A program made the translations under genes and the position numbers. Positions 35,604-45,334 of a stretch of 64,000 bases of DNA are shown in pieces (position 1 is the stretch's first letter; each line of letters opens with the position of its first letter). The stretch is from positions 6,756-70,755 of the IMG/VR virus record IMGVR_UViG_3300025082_000007. The stretch is one strand, 5' to 3'. A model generated the notes under the pieces. It was given only the letters and a program-made list of their open reading frames with translations. It was not told the DNA's origin and searched no databases. This DNA comes from a virus.

Positions 35604-36269
35604 ATGTCCACTTATCTCACGATGCGGACCCGCATCCAAAACGAACTCGTTCGAACCGACATCGACGCCCGCATTAACGAGGCAATAGTCACAGCCATCC
35701 AGCACTGGGAGCGTGAACGGTTCTTTTTCAACGAGGCTCGAACCACCCTGGTCACGGTCGCGGACCAGGAGAACTACTCGACCAGTGACGGCGTGCCGAC
35801 AGGTCTTGTCGGTATCGATACGCTGAAGATCACGGTCAACGGAAACCTCTATCCGCTGACACTTCGATCCTACGCAGAGATAGAAAACAAAAAGACAAAC
35901 TTGAGCTTTACCGGGTGGCCATACGAGTACGCTTACTACCAGGAAGATCTCTGGCCCTACCCCATTCCCAACGCTTCCCTCACCCTCGTCATGTCGTACA
36001 TCGCAAGGCTGCCTGAGATCAGTCTTTCGGCCACCAATGCCGCGACCAATGCTTGGATGGTGGATGCCGAGGCTCTAATCAGGTCTCGCGCCAAGGCGAT
36101 CATCAAGATTGATGTGGGAGAGAACGAGAGTTCAAAAACCGAGGCGATGATGATGCTGCAGAAAGGGTCGGCCTCCCTTTCGTTGATGGAAGAAAGCATC
36201 AAGGTCAAACTCCAGGCAGAGGTCACGCGGCGGGTTCAGACTGGACGCATCACTCCAACGCAGTTCTGA
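35604..36269 (+). CDS. Head-tail adaptor / tail tubular protein A-like
   Basis: MSTY..M..RI..EL.R.D....I..AI; FFFNE; G.P..Y; YPIP; TNAW. Confidence 0.75.
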   Translation: MSTYLTMRTRIQNELVRTDIDARINEAIVTAIQHWERERFFFNEARTTLVTVADQENYSTSDGVPTGLVGIDTLKITVNGNLYPLTLRSYAEIENKKTNLSFTGWPYEYAYYQEDLWPYPIPNASLTLVMSYIARLPEISLSATNAATNAWMVDAEALIRSRAKAIIKIDVGENESSKTEAMMMLQKGSASLSLMEESIKVKLQAEVTRRVQTGRITPTQF

Positions 36270-36271
36270 TC

Positions 36272-37828
36272 ATGGCGACCTTCCCGTCAGACAAAGCCTC
36301 GTTTCCCTTCGCGGCATGGCTGCCAGACCAGCCAGCCCTGGAAAACCCAGGCTCGACGCAGGCATCCAACTGCCGGCCCGCTGCCATTGGCTACAGACCC
36401 ATGCCAGACATCAAGGCCTTCACGACGGCAGCCCTCGATGCGTTCGCTCAAGGTGCTATCAGTGTCACGGACAGGGTTGGTGCTGTCACAACCTATATTG
36501 GAGACGCTGCAAAACTTTATGATGTGACATCGAGTGCAGCGACTGATGTCTCCATTGCCGGCGGCTACTCGACGGCGTCAGACGGTATTTGGGACTTTGC
36601 CAAATGGGCGAACACAGTGATTGCGACCAACCTTTCAGAAGAAGTTCAAACCATCACCATTGGGGGTGCGAACTTTGCCAACCTTATCACCTCGACCGAC
36701 ACGCCTTCCGCCAGATACGTCGCTGTCGAGGATAATGGGTTCGTCATCCTTGGGAACATTTCTGACGAGAGTGGTGTCGCGCCGACGAGAGTTCGTTGGT
36801 CGGCCCAAAATGATCCTACGGACTTCGATGAAGATGCAGCCACCCTTGCTGACAAACAGGATCTCCAGGGCGGCGGTGGTCACATACAAGGGCTCCTAGA
36901 TGGTGGTGATTTTGTCACCATCTTCCGGGAACTTTCTATACATCGCATGCAGTTTGTTGGACCTCCAATTATCTTCCAAATCGATCAGGTTGTGACGGAG
37001 CTTGGCCTTCGAACCCCAGGCGCGGCGGCTGCCTTTGGACGCCTGCACTACTTCCTGGCCTCTTCGGGTTTCTACGTTTTTGATGGGGCTCAGGCTCTCA
37101 ACATCGGCAGTGAGCAGGTTGACCGTCTCTTCTGGGACGCGCAGAGTGGGGCCAATACTGATGCCGTTGATGTGGCGAATATCCATCGTGTTCGATGCAC
37201 GGTGGACGCGGATTCTCATCAGGTGTTCTGGTCCTACCCCACATCGGACGCCCCGGCAAACGCCTGTGATCGTATCCTTTGCTACGACTGGGTCGTTAAA
37301 AGGTGGACCCTCATCTCCATCAACACCCAGCTCATCTTCCGTCACCTTTCCGAGGGATATACCCTCGAAGGCCTCGATGCCGTCAGCGCAGACATCGACA
37401 ATTTCCCCTCTGCCGGGGCTGAGATTTCTCTCGACAGTAAGGCCTGGATGGGTGGAGCCATCAAGCTTGGTGCCGTCGATACGGCCAACAAGCTGGCCAC
37501 CTTCGAGGGTGACAACCTCGCTGCCGTGATGGCAACGGGCGAGTTCAACCTCGCCGCCTCAGCAGGCTCTCCTGGCTATCGATCAAAGCTCACGGAGGTC
37601 ATCAGCCTCGTTGACGGGGGCACGCCAACCATGCGGATTGGTTATCGCAACCTTCCAGGTGACAACATCACATGGTCCTCAGCGGTTACCCAAAACGCTT
37701 CCGGCTATCATCCCTTCCTGATCGACAGCCGCTACTTCCGCTCCGAGGTCACCGTGCCGGCGGCTTCAACCTGGACGCATGCCATAGGGATCAGTGCGGC
37801 TGACTTCACGGTGACGAGCAAGAACTGA
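36272..37828 (+). CDS. Tail nozzle/stabilisation protein (P22 gp10/T7 gp12-like beta-propeller)
   Basis: WLPDQP; VRWS...DP; FLASSGFYVFDG..IG..VDR.F; position. Confidence 0.75.
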   Translation: MATFPSDKASFPFAAWLPDQPALENPGSTQASNCRPAAIGYRPMPDIKAFTTAALDAFAQGAISVTDRVGAVTTYIGDAAKLYDVTSSAATDVSIAGGYSTASDGIWDFAKWANTVIATNLSEEVQTITIGGANFANLITSTDTPSARYVAVEDNGFVILGNISDESGVAPTRVRWSAQNDPTDFDEDAATLADKQDLQGGGGHIQGLLDGGDFVTIFRELSIHRMQFVGPPIIFQIDQVVTELGLRTPGAAAAFGRLHYFLASSGFYVFDGAQALNIGSEQVDRLFWDAQSGANTDAVDVANIHRVRCTVDADSHQVFWSYPTSDAPANACDRILCYDWVVKRWTLISINTQLIFRHLSEGYTLEGLDAVSADIDNFPSAGAEISLDSKAWMGGAIKLGAVDTANKLATFEGDNLAAVMATGEFNLAASAGSPGYRSKLTEVISLVDGGTPTMRIGYRNLPGDNITWSSAVTQNASGYHPFLIDSRYFRSEVTVPAASTWTHAIGISAADFTVTSKN

Positions 37829-38157
37829 TGGCCTTCGCCGGCAGGAAAAATCTACCACTGACGTGGCATGACGCCACCCAGTTCTATCGACTGATCGTCA
37901 CGACGATCAATGGCATGATGAATGGCGGCTGGTCGAATGCCAAAGGAGAGGTGACCCTGACGGCATCAGCCACCACGACAACGATCACTCATTTCCAGAT
38001 CTCGCAGGAGAGTGTTTTTAATTTTGAGCCAACAAGCTCTGACGCGGCAGAAGCCCTCCCCTCCCTCTTTGTATCGAGCAAAGCCAATGGAAGCGCAGTC
38101 ATTGCCCACAACTCCCGAGAAACAACCCGCACCTTCAACTACTCCTTCCAGGGATGA
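37828..38157 (+). CDS. Small putative tail/virion protein
   Basis: TGATG coupling; NAKGEVTLTASATTT. Confidence 0.6.
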   Translation: MAFAGRKNLPLTWHDATQFYRLIVTTINGMMNGGWSNAKGEVTLTASATTTTITHFQISQESVFNFEPTSSDAAEALPSLFVSSKANGSAVIAHNSRETTRTFNYSFQG

Positions 38158-38569
38158 TAGCTGGGTCTTCTCAAGCGTCGTTGACTTCTCGATCTGGCCA
38201 GCTATCGAGGATGACATCTCGGCTGCCCTTGACCGTTCCGAAGGCCGGCTATGGGCAGAGGATGTGTTGGCCAAGCTGCAGCAAGGCTTCATGCAGCTTT
38301 GGCTGGGGGCCGACAGTGAAGGCATCAAACTCATCATCGTGACGGAGGTCACACAGTGGCCCCGCAAGAAGACCCTCAGCATTGTGGTCTTGACGGGGCG
38401 GGAAAGAGGAAGGTGGCTTCACCACGTCGAGGATTTGGAGGCCTTTGCAAGAGAGCTAGGATGCGATATGATCGAGGCCTGGGCGCGGCCAGGATGGGAG
38501 CGTGTGACGGGATGGAAACGCACCCACGTCCTTCTTGAGCATCCTCTGACGGAGGAGACCGCCTCGTGA
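38087..38569 (+). CDS. Podovirus assembly protein with GNAT-like fold (start uncertain)
   Basis: MQLW; IVTEV..WPRKK; LEAFARELGCDMIE..RPGWER. Confidence 0.6.
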   Translation: MEAQSLPTTPEKQPAPSTTPSRDDSWVFSSVVDFSIWPAIEDDISAALDRSEGRLWAEDVLAKLQQGFMQLWLGADSEGIKLIIVTEVTQWPRKKTLSIVVLTGRERGRWLHHVEDLEAFARELGCDMIEAWARPGWERVTGWKRTHVLLEHPLTEETAS

Positions 38570-39636
38570 GCAGACAGACAGGTACACAGCAGCAAGTAAG
38601 CCTCCAAGAGCCGTGGGCGCCACAACAGGGGCACCTGGAGGACATCTTCGGTTCCGCGAAGAGCCTCTACGGCAGCGGTGGCCCGAGTTATTACCCCGGC
38701 CAGACGGTCGTCCCCTTCGCGTCCGATACGCAGAAGGCCATCGACCTCACTCGAAGTCGAGCCTTGGGCGGCAGTCCCCTAGAGGATGCCGCCCAGTCCG
38801 CCGCTCTCCAGACGCTGACGGGTGACCCCACCGCCAACCCAGCCTTCGGCTACATGGGTGATATCGCCTCGGGCAACGTGGGACCGACAGCGGCTAATCA
38901 ATATCTCGCTCCAACGGCTGCCGGTGCCAACCTCTCTGGCAACCCCTACCTCGATGCCATGTGGGGGAACGCCTCACAGAAGATCACAGACCAGTACCAG
39001 AAGGCCACTCTTCCCGGCATCAACTCGATGTTCAGCATGGCAGGGCGCTATGGATCAGAGGCAGGCCACCAAGCGGCCATCGAGCGTGCGGACGAGACTT
39101 TGGCGGATAGTCTGGCTGGCACGGCTGCTAATATCTACGGCAGCGAGTATGGCATGGAGCGTGCCCGCCAGATGGAAGCCGCCGGCATGATCGATGCCTC
39201 GGAGGCAGGCCAGCGTCGAGATCGATTGTCGGCTGCCGGCGATCTCGGCGGCATGTACGATACTGGCACCGGGAGAAAACTCCAGACGGCGCAGCTCGCA
39301 CCTCAGCTCGCGGGCATCGACTACTCCAACATCGGCAAATTGGCGGGCATCGGAGGCGCCCTCGAAGACCTGACGGCGCGACAGCAGGCCGATGCCCAGT
39401 TGCGCCACGCCTTCGGTCAGGAGCAGCCCTACGACGCCCTCAACCGCTACCTCGCGGCTGTCCAGGGCGGCTACGGTGGCACGGGCACCACGATCAGCCC
39501 GCTCTACTCGAACCCGGCCTCGGGCGCCCTCGGTGGCGGTGTGGCCGGCGCGGGCATGGCGAAGCTGCTGGATGTCAGCCCTGGCTGGGGTGGCGCGCTG
39601 GCTGGCGGTGGCGCCCTCCTCGGGGCCTTTGGGTAG
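38566..39636 (+). CDS. Putative DNA ejection/pilot protein
   Basis: EPWAPQQ..L; YYPGQTV; NPYLD; Gly/Ala-rich hydrophobic C-terminus. Confidence 0.65.
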   Translation: MSRQTGTQQQVSLQEPWAPQQGHLEDIFGSAKSLYGSGGPSYYPGQTVVPFASDTQKAIDLTRSRALGGSPLEDAAQSAALQTLTGDPTANPAFGYMGDIASGNVGPTAANQYLAPTAAGANLSGNPYLDAMWGNASQKITDQYQKATLPGINSMFSMAGRYGSEAGHQAAIERADETLADSLAGTAANIYGSEYGMERARQMEAAGMIDASEAGQRRDRLSAAGDLGGMYDTGTGRKLQTAQLAPQLAGIDYSNIGKLAGIGGALEDLTARQQADAQLRHAFGQEQPYDALNRYLAAVQGGYGGTGTTISPLYSNPASGALGGGVAGAGMAKLLDVSPGWGGALAGGGALLGAFG

Positions 39637-39645
39637 GAGCTGATC

Positions 39646-41154
39646 ATGGGCATGGCAGATATGTTTGGTGGCCCCGGATGGCCCACGCCCCAGTCAATCT
39701 ATGGCCCTCGCCCTCAAGCCCCAAACTACGGGACGACCCCAGGCACGCAGCCTCCCAATTTTGACATGACACCTGAGGAGCGGATGCGCCGCGCTGCTGA
39801 ACTCAAGGCCTGGGACAAGAAGGCGGCTGGTCTAGGGGATGCCAAGAATATGAGCGGCGGCATGAGCATGCTCGCCCTCGCGCAGGGGCTGCTTGCCGGC
39901 GCAAGCAACACCCCTCGCCCCGTCAGCATCGGCCAGGGCATCGCGGCAGGCCTCCCCGGCATGCTCCAGCAGATGCGCCAGGGGCCGAAGGACTTCATGG
40001 CCAATGAGATGGGCGCGATGAAGATGCAGGACGCCTTGACGGCTCGCAGGACTGCTGCTGCAAACCTCGCCGCAACGAAGAAATGGCAAGCGACATTGAA
40101 GTCTGACCATCCAGCTTATGGGCTGCCTCCAGAGGCGGCAATGTCAATCTATCTTGAGATGGTCAAGGCCAAGATAAAGCCCGAGAAGTTCAACAGAGGA
40201 GTGAAGGGCGTGAAGAATGGCGTGCCTGGGGTCTGGCGCTTCAGTACAACCGACGCCGGCAAGAAAGAGTTCGTCCCCACGCCAGGGATTAAGACGGGTT
40301 CTGCTTCGGAGAGAATACGAGAGAGGCTCCAGCGGTCAAGGTCCGACCCCTCCTCGGAGGAATATGGGCAGGCCTTCGCGGACCTCTATCTGCGGCCCCA
40401 TATGTCACAGGATGCCGGCGGGAAAAGCGTTCTCATCCCAGCCTCGCCCGTTCCCCGCAATGCCATCCTGCCCACCCTTCCCGACAATGGTGGCCAGAGG
40501 TTCAGCCCTGAGGCCTACGAGGGCGCTGGGTACAAGTTCCATGCCGGTACGGAGGGCAAGGGGCCTTGGTTGGCGCGAACCCTGGAGCGGAAGAAGACCC
40601 TTACGCAGCAGCAGCAGATGGTGCTGGATGATGAAGTCTCCAACGCGAGGCAGGGCCTTGAGGATGTGGACACGGCCCTCCAGATGGCCCGTCAGCCTGC
40701 CGTTGTCGGTATGCTTGCTGAGGCGAGGGGCGCGGCTGAGTGGTTCAGCTCTCAATTCAATGTGGGCGAGGAAGTTTCCACCCCAGTGATGGATTTCCGC
40801 AAGGCCATTACGAATATCAAATCTGTGGATTGGAAGAATTATGTCGGCGGCGGGGGCCTCTCCTCTGGCGACAAGGAGTGGCTTAACACTGTTGTCCCCG
40901 GCAGCAGCGCCTGGGATACGCCGAAGAAGGCTGTTCAGACCCTTGAGCGTCTGAAGAGGATAGGTCAGAAAAAGCTCTACCGGAAGCTCATCCAATCTGG
41001 CGACATCAATGTTACGAGGAATTATGTGCCGCCAGCGGGCGTCCTGCCGGCAGATATGGATGGAGAAGAGTATGAGCGTTTCACGGCATGGCGCTTGGTG
41101 TTCCCAGAGCGGTTCCGTCGCTGGCGGGATAAGATGAGAAAGGGGGTGGAGTGA
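39646..41154 (+). CDS. Putative ejection/internal virion protein
   Basis: Position; amphipathic N-terminus, helical body. Confidence 0.55.
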   Translation: MGMADMFGGPGWPTPQSIYGPRPQAPNYGTTPGTQPPNFDMTPEERMRRAAELKAWDKKAAGLGDAKNMSGGMSMLALAQGLLAGASNTPRPVSIGQGIAAGLPGMLQQMRQGPKDFMANEMGAMKMQDALTARRTAAANLAATKKWQATLKSDHPAYGLPPEAAMSIYLEMVKAKIKPEKFNRGVKGVKNGVPGVWRFSTTDAGKKEFVPTPGIKTGSASERIRERLQRSRSDPSSEEYGQAFADLYLRPHMSQDAGGKSVLIPASPVPRNAILPTLPDNGGQRFSPEAYEGAGYKFHAGTEGKGPWLARTLERKKTLTQQQQMVLDDEVSNARQGLEDVDTALQMARQPAVVGMLAEARGAAEWFSSQFNVGEEVSTPVMDFRKAITNIKSVDWKNYVGGGGLSSGDKEWLNTVVPGSSAWDTPKKAVQTLERLKRIGQKKLYRKLIQSGDINVTRNYVPPAGVLPADMDGEEYERFTAWRLVFPERFRRWRDKMRKGVE

Positions 41155-43940
41155 TGGCTGACACCGGGTACGCTGATGCCTTCTCTGACGGCGCTCTTGA
41201 GGCTGAGGGCCGCCGCCGCGAGCATCCCACTGCGCCTGCCGGCGCCCCGTTCTCCCCTGAGGCATTGAAGGCGGAGGCGGCAAGGCGGGTCCAAGGCGGC
41301 ACTATTAGCTCTGCTCTGGACACCCCTGGCCGGCTGGCTGCTGCGGCGGCGGCTGACTTTGAGCGCCTCAACCAGCGCCAGGAAGGCATCGACTACTGGA
41401 CCGGCGTGAGGGATGGCGGCTTCCGCTTCGCTTACTCCCGCATGGACACGCCCGAGGAGAAGGCTCTCTGGCTCTCTCAGAATGTCGGCGCCAATGATCC
41501 CGATGACCCTGAAGGCCCCTTCTGGGGTACGGACAAGTTTGGCACCTTCGCTCTGACGCCAAGGGCTATGGACAAACTGGGCCTCCCCCACAAGGGTATG
41601 CCGGTGGTTATCGATGAGCATTCTGGAAGCTGGCAGGACGTGGCCGACTTCGGGGGAGACCTCCCCACTATGCTGGGCGAAGTCGGTGCCGGCCTTCGCG
41701 CTTCGAGGTATGGCTTCATCCCAGGCGTGATCGCGTCAGGCCTCGGTGCCGCTGCCGGCAAGGTGATGGATGAGGGAATAGAAACCTTCCAGGGATACCA
41801 GCAACAGACCCCTGGCGAGGTCGGCATGGACGCCCTCCAGGCGGCGGGGTATGGCATCCTTGGCGAGGGCGCTGTTCGCGCCGCTCGACCCATTGGTCGC
41901 TACGCCCTCGGTCCCAATACGACCCAACCCCCGGCACCAGGGCTGACGTTGAAACAGCCCATTCCACAGAAGATGCCTCCTCGCGTTTCTACCATCGACC
42001 CGGCACGTCTTGCGGCGACGGATGAGGTACTGGAGGCTGGCGGGCGCCCGCGCATCGGAACGGCCACGGACAAGAGGCTTGCGGGGATGTTCGAAAACAT
42101 CACGCATCTCATCTTCGGCGACCCTTTGGAGGCGCAGAACAGGAAGGTCATTCTCCAGGGCATCGGTGAATTAGAGGTGGATGCCGCTGGTGGCTGGCCC
42201 GGCGGCGTTGACCCGCTGGGTGTTGGCGGGATGGTCGAGGGCAAGGTTCTTGGTCGAACGGGTGCCCTGGCCCAAAGGGTGGACGACGCCACCAAGCGAG
42301 CCAACCAATACCAGGAGGATGCGGCAAGGCAACTCTCTGGCCAAGACCCCAAGTTTCTTGGCGAGGTCGGGCAGGAGAGTATCGACTTGCTGGCGGCCTC
42401 GCGAGAGCAATTTGCTGTTGCCGCCTCAGGCCGCTACGGTCGTTTCGATGAGATGATTGGTGGCGCTGCTGTGGTGCCCACGCAGCACCTCAAGGACACG
42501 GCTCACCTCATTGCCTCTCGGGTGCCACCCACCAAGAGCGGCAAGGCCTCCGTCTTCCAGAACAAAGAGACGGCGGAGTTTATCGCTGGCGTCGATGACC
42601 TTCCCGACTACATCACTGCACAGCAGATGCAGGCCATACGAACCACATTGCGCGAGGCAGCCTACGACCCCAACATCCTGGTTGGCATCTCGAAGAAACA
42701 TGCCGGCGATTTGAAGCATGCCGCAGACCGTGCCTTTAGTGAGGTGGGTGAGGAGCAGTTACGCAATGCTCAAGGCCAGTTCGCCAGCGCCGGGAGGACG
42801 CAGGATGAACTCAAGGACGCCATTGCCTATCTCAGCGACACCACGAAGTGGTACGCGGAGGGTATCGGGAAATACGACAACACCTTCATCCTGAAGCTCA
42901 CCAGGGAAGCTGGTAAGGGTGGTATCGAGCCCGATGATGTTGTCAATTACATCATCAGACCCAAGAAACGGGCAGCCATCCTGGCCGTCAAGAAACTCCT
43001 CTCGCCAGAGCAATGGGAGAAAATTGCCGACACTCACTTCCAACGGATGCTGGACGATGCCAGGGACATCGAGGGTTTTGTTGACGGCGCTGCCATCAGC
43101 CGTGCAGTGAAGAAGATGGGCTTCACCTTGGACGAGGTCTATGGCCCCTCCAGGGCAGGGCAGATACGCCGGTTTGCTGAAGAGGCTGCATCAAAGAACG
43201 GCAAGTATCCTGTCGATGATTTGGCCGACAGCCCGATGAAAGACGCCATCGCGGCTATGAGGGCGGCTGACGAGGAGCTTGCAGCTTGGGGGAAGCTGCC
43301 CTTCGTCAAGCGTTTCAGTGCTGACGCTTTCGACCCCGAGAAGGAGGCTCGCCTCCTGCTGGCACCCAACAGTTCTAGGGACATTTCACAAGTGCGAAGT
43401 TTCCTTGGAGAGAACTCCCCTGAGTGGGACCGCATCCGAGAGACCTCAATGGGGCTTCTCTTGAAGAAGGCCTTCACCACTCTCGATGACCCCGTGGTCG
43501 AGGTCATCCTCGGGAAGGGGCTGAGGAAGGCTGTTGACGATGTTGGAGAGAACACCCTGACGGCGATGTTTGGTCGCCAGCAGACAGCCGACTTGCAGAA
43601 GTTCTCCAGGGTCGCCCACTTCCTGACTACTAAAAAGAAGGGAAGTTCAGGCGCTCTCATAGCTGCCGCCATTGCTGTCCACCCCCTCCGCAACCTTGGT
43701 AAGCTGGCCAAATTCTTCCTTCTCAGAAAATGGTTCGCGGCTGGTGGCTTGCGACACATGACGGTAGGCTTCGACCTCCCCAAGACGCGCTGGACCGCCG
43801 ACAACATCACTCGCATGTTGACCGCTATCATGGCGCAGGAGCGTCCAGCCTTGACGGACATTCGCCTGCCTCAAATGTCAGAGCCGCCGCCCATCGAGGG
43901 TGGCCCTGAATTAAACCACCCAGCGCCTCCGCCGCAGTAG
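41154..43940 (+). CDS. Large putative ejection protein
   Basis: Hydrophobic Gly/Ala segments near the N-terminus, long helical body; last of three ejection-type genes. Confidence 0.6.
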   Translation: MADTGYADAFSDGALEAEGRRREHPTAPAGAPFSPEALKAEAARRVQGGTISSALDTPGRLAAAAAADFERLNQRQEGIDYWTGVRDGGFRFAYSRMDTPEEKALWLSQNVGANDPDDPEGPFWGTDKFGTFALTPRAMDKLGLPHKGMPVVIDEHSGSWQDVADFGGDLPTMLGEVGAGLRASRYGFIPGVIASGLGAAAGKVMDEGIETFQGYQQQTPGEVGMDALQAAGYGILGEGAVRAARPIGRYALGPNTTQPPAPGLTLKQPIPQKMPPRVSTIDPARLAATDEVLEAGGRPRIGTATDKRLAGMFENITHLIFGDPLEAQNRKVILQGIGELEVDAAGGWPGGVDPLGVGGMVEGKVLGRTGALAQRVDDATKRANQYQEDAARQLSGQDPKFLGEVGQESIDLLAASREQFAVAASGRYGRFDEMIGGAAVVPTQHLKDTAHLIASRVPPTKSGKASVFQNKETAEFIAGVDDLPDYITAQQMQAIRTTLREAAYDPNILVGISKKHAGDLKHAADRAFSEVGEEQLRNAQGQFASAGRTQDELKDAIAYLSDTTKWYAEGIGKYDNTFILKLTREAGKGGIEPDDVVNYIIRPKKRAAILAVKKLLSPEQWEKIADTHFQRMLDDARDIEGFVDGAAISRAVKKMGFTLDEVYGPSRAGQIRRFAEEAASKNGKYPVDDLADSPMKDAIAAMRAADEELAAWGKLPFVKRFSADAFDPEKEARLLLAPNSSRDISQVRSFLGENSPEWDRIRETSMGLLLKKAFTTLDDPVVEVILGKGLRKAVDDVGENTLTAMFGRQQTADLQKFSRVAHFLTTKKKGSSGALIAAAIAVHPLRNLGKLAKFFLLRKWFAAGGLRHMTVGFDLPKTRWTADNITRMLTAIMAQERPALTDIRLPQMSEPPPIEGGPELNHPAPPPQ

Positions 43941-43949
43941 GATACGACC

Positions 43950-44174
43950 ATGGCAGACATTCGAAGCTGTTCACAACCAGAGGGAGGCCGGGTAGAGACG
44001 GGTCCAGTCAGGTTTGGTGATGATTGGCCGGGCGTCTTCATTCGAGGCGATAATGCTGGAGGTCTTGCTAATGAGGTAGGGATAGTCTTGGCTGGCATAT
44101 CACCGTCAAAGCAGTTTTTGGAGAGGTTACAAAACTTGTTCTCTTCGTGCGAGATAGGGCAGAAAAATGGCTGA
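43950..44174 (+). CDS. Hypothetical protein sharing its first codons with the downstream tail gene
   Basis: MADIRSCS versus MADIRSWS; RVETGPVRFGDDWPGVFIRGDNA. Confidence 0.6.
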   Translation: MADIRSCSQPEGGRVETGPVRFGDDWPGVFIRGDNAGGLANEVGIVLAGISPSKQFLERLQNLFSSCEIGQKNG

Positions 44175-44964
44175 CATTCGAAGCTGGTCAACGACCGCAG
44201 CATCCAACAACTCTTCGCCTCCTGATGGATGGCCCGAGGGGCAGGCACCTTCAACCGTAAATAATTCGGCCAGAGAGAACATGCGTGCCATTAAGAAGCA
44301 GTGGTCGCAGGGCGAGTGGTTCTCCCACGGCGATGACGTTGACACCTCGATCATCCGCAAGGACGGCACGAACATCAGCCTCAGCGGCACCCACACCGCC
44401 ACCTACCACGTTGGCCGGCGCCTTCGAGCCAGGGACACTGCCGGCGACCTCTACGGCACCATCGAGGCGGTCACTTTCAGTGGCGGTACTCAGGTCACGA
44501 TGAACTGGGATACCGGCTCTCTCACCGCGACCGTGACGGCGGTCGAGCTTGCCCTCTTGAGCAAGACCAACCCCTCGTCGCCGCCACAGCTTACAACGAT
44601 AGAACTGGGCCACGCGAGCGATACGACAATCGCAAGAGCATCTGCCGGTGAGATTTCTGTAGAGGGCACACAGTTAGCAAAACTTGATGGCAACCTTCAA
44701 GATTTGGACACACTCGGCGCAGCATCATCTGATGGGGAGTTTGCAGTAGCCACTGGTGCTGGTGCTTTGGCCTGGGAGAGTGGCGCTACTCTACGAACGT
44801 CGGTTGGCGTTGGTACTGGAGACAGCCCGCAATTCACCGGAATTGAACTGGGTCACGCTACTGATACCACTATTGCACGGGCGTCCGCTGGTGAGATTTC
44901 TGTCGAGGGCGCACAGTTAGCCAAAGAGAGTACGGCAACAGCATTAGCGATTGCGTTGGGATAA
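44167..44964 (+). CDS. Tail fibre/spike proximal protein with 28-aa internal repeat
   Basis: WSTTAASNN..P.GWPEGQAPSTVNNSARE.M anchor motif; IELGHA.DTTIARASAGEISVEG.QLAK twice; ends ALAIALG. Confidence 0.75.
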   Translation: MADIRSWSTTAASNNSSPPDGWPEGQAPSTVNNSARENMRAIKKQWSQGEWFSHGDDVDTSIIRKDGTNISLSGTHTATYHVGRRLRARDTAGDLYGTIEAVTFSGGTQVTMNWDTGSLTATVTAVELALLSKTNPSSPPQLTTIELGHASDTTIARASAGEISVEGTQLAKLDGNLQDLDTLGAASSDGEFAVATGAGALAWESGATLRTSVGVGTGDSPQFTGIELGHATDTTIARASAGEISVEGAQLAKESTATALAIALG

Positions 44965-44986
44965 TATAGAAAGAGAGAGCAAAGTC

Positions 44987-45334
44987 ATGGCTAACACCTT
45001 CAAACTCGTCACAAAGGCGAATGTGACCAGCCTAGATGTCATTTATACTGTTGCCGCTAGTACAACCACCGTTGTTCTCGGGCTTATGCTGGGCAACACA
45101 ACTGGGGCCGCAACAACTGCCACTGTGACATTGGGGTCTGATACTGCCGGGCGCTCAGGGAATAACGATGAGGCAAACCAGACGGTTGAACTGGTCACGA
45201 GCGTGCCTGTGCTTGGAAACGCAACGCTAGAGCTGCTTGCGGGAAATAAGATCGTCATGGAGGCCACTGATACACTCAGTGTGTCGGCTGGAGCATCCAC
45301 CGATGTCACCCTGTCTATCATGGAGATAACGTGA
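44987..45334 (+). CDS. Tail fibre-associated protein
   Basis: MANTFK...IYTVAASTTTVVLGL...GNKIVMEATD...LSIMEIT. Confidence 0.7.
   Translation: MANTFKLVTKANVTSLDVIYTVAASTTTVVLGLMLGNTTGAATTATVTLGSDTAGRSGNNDEANQTVELVTSVPVLGNATLELLAGNKIVMEATDTLSVSAGASTDVTLSIMEIT

Noticed and set aside
785-43861. Long opposite-strand ORFs (e.g. 785-1735, 4821-6164, 10246-11325, 13259-14329, 21802-22920, 26591-27388, 40405-41283)
   Set aside because: Antisense shadows of high-GC3 genes with recognisable products on the other strand; no motifs of their own
44599-44925. Diversity-generating retroelement TR/VR pair
   Set aside because: Differences are mostly synonymous and not adenine-specific, both copies are in one ORF, and no reverse transcriptase is present
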